Shown: positions 39,301 through 51,300 of the stretch, piece by piece | Numbering within the stretch: the stretch's first letter is position 1 | How the letters are laid out: the number at the start of each line of letters is the position of its first letter | IMG/VR virus record: IMGVR_UViG_3300027983_000017 | Location: 1-59,925 of that record | Source: a virus | Taxonomy: Duplodnaviria; Caudoviricetes | Reading direction: 5' to 3' (one strand) | Length of the DNA: 59,925 bases | Translations under genes and position numbers: made by a program | Notes under the pieces: generated by a model | Told to the model about the DNA's origin: nothing | The model's database searches: none | The model's input: only the letters and a program-made list of their open reading frames with translations

Positions 39301-42300
39301 CATCATAGTATCTTCTATAATTAGAAACTACTTTTCCTTTAGAATCAACAACATCATAACTTGCTATGTATTTATTTTCACCAAATTCATCAGGTTTAAA
39401 AAAAGTCATGTTGGTAACTTTATAACCTTTTGGCGGGACAATATATGTTTTAGTGTAGTATGTAGGTGAATCAAATTCTCTTACAATTTGAGAACCTTTA
39501 AACTCAGTTAGTAGTTTTACAGAAGGGTCTCCTGTATAGTCAAATGGAACTGCCCAGTCTATATCATGCATTAAATGCCCTAGTTTTCTGTAAACACTTC
39601 CTTGTTCCGCAACAGCTACACTACCCACTAGAGTTAATCCTTCACTACTTAAAAATTTAATTATATTTTCACCATGTTTAGATTCAGATAAAGCTTTTTC
39701 TAAAGTAACTCTTTCTTTGCCTTGTAGATTATTATCTCCTAATATTATTTCTTTATTATTTACTAAAACTTGAGAGATTATAGCATCTGTAATTTCTTTT
39801 ACATTTTTTGCAGAATTAAATAAATCTTTAAACCATTGTAAAAATTTATTAATAAATTTATGCAACTCAGAATTATTATTTTTAGCATCTAATAAAGATT
39901 CTTGTAAAAATTTTTCTAAAATAGAATTTTTAATTTTATTATATTCAGCAATATATTTTACCCACTCATCCATAGGTATTCTATTTCCTGCTTTTAAGTA
40001 ATCATATATTTTCTCAATTTCTGGTTGCTTTTTAATATTTGTTTTAAACTCTGCTGTATCTTCTATTAAATCTTGTAAATGATTAAAGTTAATGTTAGGA
40101 CTTGCTTGTAATAATTGAACAAGTAATTTAGAAGAACTATTTATAAAATCTTGATTTTCATTTGCAGGATTTATATAAGCAATTTTTCTTAAAATATCAA
40201 CAGAAGAATCTCCTTCTTTAAATGTTATTCCAAAATTATTAAAAAAAGTTATTAGTTTTTTATTAAAATCTTGGTCAGTAGGTATCTTACTTTCTATGAA
40301 AGATTGAATTTGTTCATTAGTATAATCAGCAAAAGCTGGTTCTATAAATTTTAAATCTTCTATGTTTTTATTTTGTTCTGGAGTTAATTGTTCACCAACA
40401 AACTTTTTAAATTCAGCGATTGTTTTTGGAGAGGTTAATATTGTTATTTGAGAAGGTTCAAATACTACTTTTTGAATTGTAATATAATCAACTATACCTG
40501 TTTTATTGTATAATTCTATATCAGAATTAACATATATAGAATCATATCCTAAATTTTTTAAATGTTTACCTATTTTTTCGTAGGCATCAACAGTCCATTT
40601 ATAATCACTTGCCCAATTAGTATCTTTATCTTCTTTCGTAAGAATATTTAATTTATCAACCCAACTTTCGTTTTCCCATTCTTTAGCTTGTATTATAAAA
40701 GGGTTTTTAATATTTAGTAAATTAGGGGAAACACTTCCTTTTTTGTTAGGAGCAGATTTCATTATAAAAGAATCTGTTTCGTTATCTCCTGTTAATTTGC
40801 TTTTAATACTATCATAGTCTTTTTGAGCGTATTGACTTGCTACTGTGATATAACTATTGGAAAAGAAAAAACCTAAAATTGAATTAGGATTTCTATATTC
40901 ATAATCTTCTTTATTTTTTAATTTTACAAAATCATCAGTATTTGTTTTTCCTCCATGATAATTTGGACTTTTAACTTTACTATCAGGTATCTTACTTTCT
41001 ATAAAATCCTGTATTTGCTCATTAGTATAAGGAGCATAAGCTGGTTCTATTGATTTTAAATCATCTATGTTTTTATTTTGTTCTGATGTTAATACATTTT
41101 TATTTCCTAAATCTTGTCTAGTTAAAAAAGCATCAGTTAATATATTAGTAAGTTGCTGTTTATCTAATTTAGAAAGATTATTAAATTTATCTAATATCCA
41201 TTTAACAAAATTATTCCACCAATTTAATGCTTCTCCTTTTTGTAAAACAACTTGTTCCCCTATACTTTGTACCAATGCTTCTTCACTACCCCATTTTTTA
41301 ATAGCTTCTTGTACTATTGGAGAATTTCTATACCAAGATATATAATGATGTGCATATTCATGAGGTAAAGTATCAGCTTTTTGATTTACAGCATCTATTA
41401 AAACAGTCATTGCTTTAATATTAGCTTGACCTATAATTCTATTAGCTTCATTTCTTTGTAACAAAATATTAGACAATTCTCTTGTTTGATTAATACCTAC
41501 TTCATACCAACCATTACCATATTCATCAGTAATTCTAATAGGACTATATCCTTGTTTCTTTAATACATTAAATACAGTTTCTTCATAGAATTTAGCAATA
41601 CTTGATATTTTTAACTTACCTGATTTAGCATCTGCTATTTCTGTTTCTAGTTGATATATTTCTATTGTATTATCAACACCTTTAGTTACGTTAATTTCAT
41701 AACTATTAAAATCTGCTTCTTTTCCTGCTAAATCAGCTTCTTCTTTTGTATTAAACTTTTTTGTTTCATTTCCACTTGGAGACCAATCATTTCCCATGTC
41801 AGTGGCAAAGTATTTTAATTGGTTTTTATTTAGTTCATTAATTCTTGCTTCTTTATTATCTATAAACCCTTGTACAGTTTGAAGTCCTTCTACTTTAGCT
41901 GCTGTATCTCCTACAGGAAATAATACTTTTTCATATCCTTTCTTAGCACTATCTTGTATGATAGATTTAACAAAGAATGTTACCCAATTATTGTCTTTGT
42001 TTAGTAATTGAAGGAATTGGTTTTCTTTACTAAAGGTTGAACCTTTATTTAGTTCTTTAGATAGTAATATAGCTTCTTCTTTTGTATTAAATTCTTTATA
42101 TAATTTTCTATCTCCTATGCCAGGTTCATTAACTTGCCATTTATTATTTTTATTAGATAAAGTATAAATAAGACTAGAACCGTTTATTAAATTATCTTTA
42201 TCTCTACCTTTCTGAAATAAATCACTTTGTATTTCTTGTATTTCTACAGCACCAGTTTTTTTATTATACCAGACTCTAGCCCAACCTATACCATTATGTG

Positions 42301-45300
42301 TAGCAAATTGAGCATGCCCTCTAATAGAAGGTGTAATAGCAGGAGTTTTAAATTCTAATTCATGGTATTCCCAATCAGGATTTCCCTCATATTTACTTTT
42401 ACCTTCAGTACTTCCTGGAGCTGATAGGTTAGAGTAATGTTGAGTATTATTTATACCGCCTTCTATTTCTTCAATATCTTTTATACCTTGTTCTGTTAAA
42501 AAAGGATTACCTTCATCATCATAATCATAATCTGGTTCAAAAGGTTCAGGTTCAAAGTTACCATCACCTAAATCTACCATTTTATAATCTTTTCCTTTTT
42601 CTTTAGCAGTATTAATTTCTACTGTATAACTATAGTTAGATAATAAATTAGTTACTATCTGTTCTCTATTTCTAGTATTAAAGGACTTAATTAATTCTTG
42701 TTGTTGTTTTGGTACATTAAGTTCAGTTAATATCTTATCAATATTCCAATTATTCTTATCTCCTTTTCTAAATACTTCATCAGCTTTAGTAGATAATAAT
42801 ATTTCAGTAGCTTTTAATCTATATTGTACTTGATTATTAAATTCTTCTTGATTAAATACATTATCTCCTTGTTCCCATATAGGATTATTAGAATACTCTA
42901 ATTTAATTTCAGGGTATAATTGTTGTAGTTTAGTTTTTATTTTTTCATTTAGTTCTATAAATTTTAAATCATCTATATTTTTAGATTGTTCTAGAGTTAA
43001 AGGTTCTTGTGATGACACATTCATTTTTTGTAACAACGCATCAGCTTCATCTTCAGAAATAGTATCTATGACTGGAGTTATAGGCAAAGGATTATTGTAT
43101 TCTTGAGAAGAAACCACATAATTTTTAAAGTTTTTATTTTTAGTATCTGTAACTACATCAAATATATAATCTAAAGTATTATTATTTAATTGATTAGACA
43201 TAAAAATTTCTGAAGCTGTCTGCATAACACCTATAAAGTTACTGTAAGGTAAAGCTTTATTAAATCCATATTTACTGTAACCTATCCCATTTTGATATAT
43301 AGACATTAAAGGTAACATCTCAAAAGCTTTGCTTATTTTTTTATTCTCAACAGGATCAATAACTTTTTTTACAGTTTCATCTGCAAGATCTAATAAATTC
43401 TGATGATAAATCTCAGCTATTTGAGAATCTTTTAAAGCACTGACATCATTTAATGAAAGTACTTCTTGTCCTGTGGCAATATTAGGTTTAGTAAACTGAC
43501 TAATAATATCATATTTAGTAGTGAGAATAGGATAGTCTTCAATTATATTTAATATTAAATCAGTAAAAGATTGACCTTTAAGATCCATAATAGCTTTTCT
43601 ATTAAAAGAATTAATCAATGCTTTTTTATTTAAGTAAGCTTCATAAGCTTGTTTTTCATCTTTAATTAAATCATTTAATCTTTTAAAATCTTTACTATCT
43701 TTAATAGACACTAGAGAATACATGCTCCTCTGATGTTCTCTTTCAAAAACATATTTAAAATATGTAGACTCATTAGGAAATAACTCTTCAATATTCATAA
43801 AACCTCTTAATCCATCACTAGCATAATTTTCAGAAGTTGTATTAGATCTATCATATAGTTTTTTTGCATATTGTTTTTTAAGTTTAACTTCATCAACATA
43901 CAGTTTACCATCAATGACTTCAGCTCCAGTTTTTATACCAGCTTTAATAACTACATCCATACCTTTATATTCTTTAGGCATGCTTATAAGATTACCTTTT
44001 TCATCTACAAAATTGGTCATGTAGTTTTGAAAAATATAATTTGGTATAGCATTTTTAAAAGCTGTTATAAAGTTTCTTGCACCATCCTGAGTTGATCCAA
44101 AAGATTTTGTAATTTTAACACTATTGTTTTTAAATTTTTTAACAATATAATTAGTAACAATATCATTGTTTCTTAAAGGAAATACAGGTATAATCAAATC
44201 ACTTATTAGTTTATTATCAAAAAATGTTCCCAAGATTGAGTCTTGAAGCTTTTCAATAGTTCCTTCCTCTAACGTAGACAAAGCTTTACCTTCATCTATG
44301 GTTAAGTTTCTTCTGATTAACTCTTGTAATGTTTTAGAAGTTTTAGTATCAGGATTAGCCATAAACTTTAATGCAGTAAAACCTCTTGTTGATTTTTCTA
44401 ATTCTAAAAAATGTAAAAACATTGCAATAGCATGTTTTTCATATGCTGGATTTTTAGGATCTTCAACTAATCGCGTCATTAAAGCAATATCAAAATTACC
44501 AGCATTATTTAATATACCAGATCGAGATGTAGCTTTTTGTACAGTATTATAATATTTTTTATTAGACGTTGGATAAAAACTTTCTTTTTCTCCAACATAT
44601 TTAATAAGTGTATTTCTACCAGCTTGATATTTTACAAAACTGTTTTCAAAATCATCTTCTACAAAACCCGTAATTTTAGCATAAGTACTTTTAAGTGTTC
44701 TTTGTTGTTTAGTATATTCTCTAACTAAAGGATTAGATACAAAAAGAATAGCTTCTTTCTTAGGTACACCTGCTTTAAGTAAAAATAAAAGTATTGGTAA
44801 AGTTTCATAATTACCTTGAATAAAGAATATCCAAGCATCTTTTTCAACATCTACAGCACCATTTAACATTTGAGAAAATAATTCTCCAATGCTATCTAAA
44901 CCATCAACACTATAAATATTAGATAAAGATATTCTACCATCTTTAGTTTTATTATGTCGTAGTAACAATCTTGTTAAAAATTCTTTTTTACCCTCTACAT
45001 TTCTTCCTAAAGATGCATTATACTTTAAATTTTTATATTTAGCTGGTAATGAAACACCGATTGAATTCATCATAGGGTGTAAAGAATTTTCTATTGCAAT
45101 CATACCTAACACTTTCTTACCAACCATGTTTACTTCATGTTTATGTAAGTTATAAGATACTTCTAAAGTTCTTGTAGGACTTATTATCTTTTTTCCATTT
45201 TTATCTAATCTAACTGCTTCATTATGCATATTACTAAATCTGTCATAATCAGTTACATATTCTGCAAGTTTATCAGCTATATCATTTTTTAATAAATAAG

Positions 45301-48300
45301 TATCATTAGGTTTTACCAAAGATGCATAGTTATCACTCAAAGCAAGTATTTCAGATATAGTAGTTATTAATTCATTTTCTAAGGCTGCTTTTTGATTTTT
45401 AATTATACTAGAAGCAACACTGGATTTATCAGCAGCTCTAACTTTATCTAAAACTTGATCATTAGTTAATGAACTTCTAACAAATCTACCATAAGCATCA
45501 ATAGCAGGCATAAAAGTTGTTAATTTATCACCATCAAAATCTGTTCCTGATTTAGCTACTATTTCAGTAGGAGGAATAATTATAGGTCCTGCTGAAGGAT
45601 CTAAAAAAGCATAAACTTCCATAAATTCCATAGAATTTATACCTTGTACAGGAATTCTTACAGCAGATAAAGTAACAGATTTTCTATTATTATTTAAATT
45701 TAACCAATCATCATTTTTTATCATTTCATTTAAACGGACTATTGTCTCTACAGGTTTACCATCCAAGTGTTTTGTTTTTAATAAGTTAACAAAATCTCCT
45801 TGTAAAGCAATAGCAACTTTCATTGCATTAGTTGTACCATCTGCGTTTCTACGATAAAAAGGTAAATTATTAGTTCCTAAAAATTGTTGTACTTCAGCCT
45901 CAGTTCCTTTTTTAAGATTTGAATCCCATATACCATTTGACATTGCACTAGATACTTGAACTAATGCTTCACCTTTAACTTTTTGTTTAATGAATCTTTT
46001 TTCAACTAAAGCTACTAGAATAGTTTCAATTTCATCAGCTAATAAATGAATAGATAAATCTGTTTTAAGTGAGTTGTCTCTATTAAGACCAACTAAATGT
46101 ATTAAATGCTCAGGAATATCTTTTCTTTCTAATTCTTTTTGAACCACATCTAAAAAATCATGTAGATTACCTGTATATTTATTATTTGTTTTATCATAAG
46201 TATAGTGTATCTCGTGTAATAATTCTAATTTTAATAATTCACTATAATTTTCTACAGCTTCTTCATATCTTTTTACAGCTTTTTCATTATCAGAATTAAT
46301 AATTTTACCCTCACTATACATATTACTTAAAATAAGTTTTCTTAACTGTGTTGAGAATACAGTTTTATTTTTATACTTACTTGGCACATTAGTAACATTT
46401 TTTAAATTTTCAAGATAAATTGTATTTTTTGTAAATGCTATATCTTTTTTTAATATTTTTTCATCAGATCCTTTTTCATAAACTATATCAGCTGAACCAT
46501 TTGAAGTTACACTACCTACTTTAGATCCCGTTTGAAAAGTAATATACTGTATATTTCCTATCATCATTTGTTTATGTAAAGATTCAAGATCTGAACCTGC
46601 AATTACTGAAGGAATTAAAGGAGCTAATACAAATTTATGCATTGCATTTACAGGTAAACCCGTATTTGCTAAGTGACCAAAGTTTTGTAATTTATATACT
46701 GGAAACAGCTCTATAGTATCAGATATTGTAATCTCTTCTCCATTTTTAATTTTTTGAAATAAACTTTCTTGATCATTAGACCAAGCATCTTCAAGATATC
46801 TTAGATTTCTATAAGCATCAAAAGTTATAAAACCTTGACCATCAGCTTCTTCAATATTTTTATATTTACTTATTTCAATAGCAACTCTTCTGTCTATTTC
46901 AGCTTTTGCATTAGGTATTTTATATTTTTCGTATTGCTTAGTATATGCCTCTCTTAAGCCAGCTTCTATTTGTTCAAGATATACAGACGTTCTTTTAACA
47001 TCTTGTACAACAGCTGTATTAAAAGTTCCATTATAAATTATAGGAGTTAAACCTTCTTTTTTAGCATATGAAGAACTTGCTAAGAAACTGTTTACAAATT
47101 TTCTAGCAGCAATGTCGGTTCTAAAAGCAGGGCCACCGGATGTAGCACCTGGGTTTCTTTTATGTAATTCTTCTACAGCATGATTATATTGAGAAATGTC
47201 TCCGTAAAACAAAATAGCCATTTCAAAATTATGTATCCAAGAATTATATGTATAAGCTTCAATTAATTTATTTTTCACATTATCCTCAGAAACACCAGCT
47301 TTCACCATTGCATTAGTAAGTTCTTTATCAACAAAAGTAACTTCATCTGAATCATTAATCTTTGTTTGTTGATCAAAATAAGATTTAACATTTCTTTTTA
47401 CAATGTTGAGTAAACCTGTAGTATCAGCATTTAAAAATTCTTTTAAATTAAAAGTTTTATTGTCAGCTAAAGCTTTATCAATACCTTTATATATAGCATT
47501 TTTACTAGCCGTAGTTAATACATTATCAAATGCAGTAAACACTTCTCCTGCCATAAGCCCTCCACCAATATCTCTATTGTAACCTATATAATTTTTATAT
47601 ATATTTTTATTTTGTTTAAACATATATATTCTTTCAGCTTCAGCTTCCATATAAGGTAGCATGTGTGCTTTAAAAGCATAATCTGATGCCGTACCATCAG
47701 CAAACATATTTAAGTCAACCCATAGATTCTTATCACTACCTTCTTTTCCAGGTAATCCTATGACACCTCCTTCAATCCTTGCACCAAAAGAAGCTGATTT
47801 AGATGCGTGTCTCATAAATTCTTGAATGCCATCTTTTAACATGGTATTCATTTCTTGAAGCATTTTACTATTAACATCTAAATTAGTTGTATTTACACCA
47901 GTACCATTCATTATTTGAGTACCAGAATTCATAAACAAGAGCAAAGATTTATTATTTCTTCTAGTCTGTTTTGCAGAGTTTAAATCAAATAAAGATCTAA
48001 TTGTAGCTAATCTTTTAGTATAAGGATTAGTTGTAGGATCCATATAGGACATGTATTGAAATTCATCTGTAGTCCATAGATCTGAAAGTACTTTAGCATT
48101 GTTTAAAGCAAATGTTATTTTACTAATTGTATTGTTTTCAATATGCTCAGAAACTAAATTTCTTTCTGCATTTAAAACCATTGTATTAGAACTGTCTAAA
48201 CCATAACGGGCTTGCAATTCAGCAATAGCCTTAATTTGTTTTTTCTGATTAATGTTTTCTAAACCCTGTATTTTAGAAACTTTGCTAGACATTAAAGTTT

Positions 48301-51300
48301 CTAAAGGTTCTGTTTTAAACTTGACTATTAAAGCTTTAGCATTACTAGAAGCAAAAGGTTTATTTTCTAAATCACTTAATTTTTTTATAATTGTAAATAT
48401 ATAAGGAAGACCAAACTGTTCAATAGTATCTGTATTCTTTTTGAGTGTGTTTTTAATTATACTTAAATCATCTAAATGAATACCTATAGCTCTAGCAAAA
48501 TTAAATGATTTTTCTATATCTAACTTTCCGTCAATACCAAAATCATTAACAATCTTTTGAATATTTAAAGTTGGTATGTTTTCTCTGCCAACTCTATCAA
48601 CATAAGGATTTGTAATACTAGAACTAAATTTGTTTTTAAAATTATTAATAATATTAAGAGTTTCACTAGAAGCTTCCGTAACAGAAGATGTATAATCATA
48701 CACACGTACATAACTATCATCTTCAAACATAGAAGATCTAGTAATAAATTTATCTACGGATTCTCCGTAAGTATTTATTTCTTTAGCCTGTGTTTTAAAA
48801 ACACTAAGCTGAATATAAGGAACTCTTGACTTACTAAAAGCTTGCCAAAGCGATGTGATAGCTTGAAATTCATAATGATTATTAGTAGTAGTTTCCGGAT
48901 TAGCTAATTTATTTTCTACTAATTGCTTAAATTGAACATTTGATAAACTTTCTTTTACTAAAGCATCATACATTTTTTGAGGATCTTGCATTCCTGCTAT
49001 TGCTCTAACAGTACTATTCCAAGTTGTTCTAAAATCTGCAAGTTTCTTAAAACCTAAATTATTATAAACATAATCAATTTCTTTAGTTTTTTTATTAATT
49101 GATCCTTGATGTAAACTTTTAAGAATAAATAAAGTTTCTTTACCAGCAAGCTGTATTAAAGTTTTACTTCCCTCTTTTTTATCTCCATATCTTTCACTAT
49201 TTTCTATATTCTGAGGATCAAACAAGTTACCTTCTTCATCTAATTCTAAAGCTGTATATTTTTGTTTTATTAAATCAAATGAGCTATTATCAACATGATA
49301 TTTAATTAAACCAGTATCTGTATCACCATAATTATCTACACCAGCTTGAAGAATTCTGATTCTATTTTCTAATATTTCTTTTTTAAAAGCATTGATTTCA
49401 ATATCTTCTGTATTATCTAAAGCTTCTTTATAACTAGTTAATTTTTCATCTAACTTTACTTTAATCAGTTTATATAAAGGCTCTCTATTTCTTGAATCAA
49501 GTAATAAACTTAAAGTTACTGATTTTGATTTTTTAATCTTAGTTTGTTCATCACTAATCTCAGAAATAATAGAATCCATACTATCTTTAAGTAAATTGGA
49601 ATCTTGTCTATTTAAAACCTGCTCTGTTTTAGTTCCCGTTTTAACAATACCGCTGTTTCTATATAATAAATCAAACATGACATTATCAACAGAAGGTAGA
49701 TAATTATTTAAATTAGTTCCTAGATATAAATTATCAAATAAATCTTTAACTTTTTTAATATCAGTCACATCAGTCACACTTCCTTTTCCAAAAAGCTCTC
49801 TTAAAAAATTAAGTATTTTTCTAAATAAGCTATTTCTTTTAGGTGATTCTTTTTGTGTTCTTCCAGTTCTAGCATATTCTCTAAAACTTTCCGCTAAATG
49901 TTCTTCAATTGTAAAAAAATCTGCTTTTGAACCTAATTTCTTTTGTACTTCTTTATATAAAGCTTTTTTATCAGCTCTACTTAAATACAATTGAGAAAAA
50001 GCATGCCAAGCTTCATGATACACATCCACCATAGATCCTTTAGCAGCTAAGTCAATCATACCTAAGTTGCCGTTTAAAGTAGCTCCTGAAACTATAAATC
50101 TAGCATAAGCATCAGAATTTACAATATTAGCAACTTCTCTAAAACCAACATGTTTATTTAATAATGAGTTAGCCCACCACTTTTTAGCATTTGAAACTTG
50201 TTCTTCTGTTACATCTGAAGGTAAGTCAGCATTTCTAAAAAAGAATACGTCAGCAGCTCCCTTATCTTCAGGTTTTGCTTCACCTTTAGCATCTATAACA
50301 TTATTAATCTCAACTTCAATTTCTTCAACAGACTTTTGAATAACAGGTTGTTTTGCTATATCAGATGGTTTATTAAAATCTTCAATTTCGCTTTCTCTTA
50401 CATAACCTAAAAGTTTGTTACCGCTTCTAACTTCAACTACATCTATGAATTTTTTACCTTTAACTTCAATTTCAGGAATTAAAATTAAAGTTACTCCTTT
50501 TACTATATCTGCATTAGTAACTATTCCCGCATCAATATTTCCACTTTTAACATCAACTCTGTTATAAAAATCAATAACCATACCATCAGATGTAGTTATA
50601 TTCCATCTACTTACAGCACCAAAAGGTTTTGATATAGTTCCTATTATTTCAGTACCTGTTTTAAGAATTGAAACTACTTTTTCTTTAATTTGTTTAACTC
50701 CAAGAATTGGTTCTACATCTGCAGAATCTGTTAATGTATCAAATAAATCATCTTTGATATAAATGTCTGTATTTTCCTTAGCTTTTGCTAATTGTGCTGT
50801 AAACTCATTAGGTAAAGCAAACTCTATATTATTATTAAAAGTTCTCGTATTTTTAGTTAAATCAATACTTACTGTTGTGTTAGGTAAAGTTTTTAAAAAT
50901 TCAGTATAACTAGAGTAATCTTCATTAAGTTTATTAGCACCTAAATCATAATCCAAAAATTGATTGTCATTTAATGCTTTTGCATTATATGTCATTTTAG
51001 CTCCAAAGTAATCACCTTTTACACCACTAGCTTCCATCAAAGAGTTATAGATAATTTCAGATGATGCATCAATATCTAAATTTACAACTATAAAAATTGA
51101 CAATCTTTCTTTATAAGTAGTTGGTGAATAACTGTATATTAATTTATCAGTATTAGGTAAATATTTAAGTCTGTGTTTTCTTGTTGCTTGAGAAGCATTG
51201 TTAGCTAAAAATTGAGTAACAAAATTATATTTTTTTAAATTTGATAAATTTTTATTGGTAAGCGCAGCAGCAATTTTTCTTGCTACATCAGCCGTAAGAT

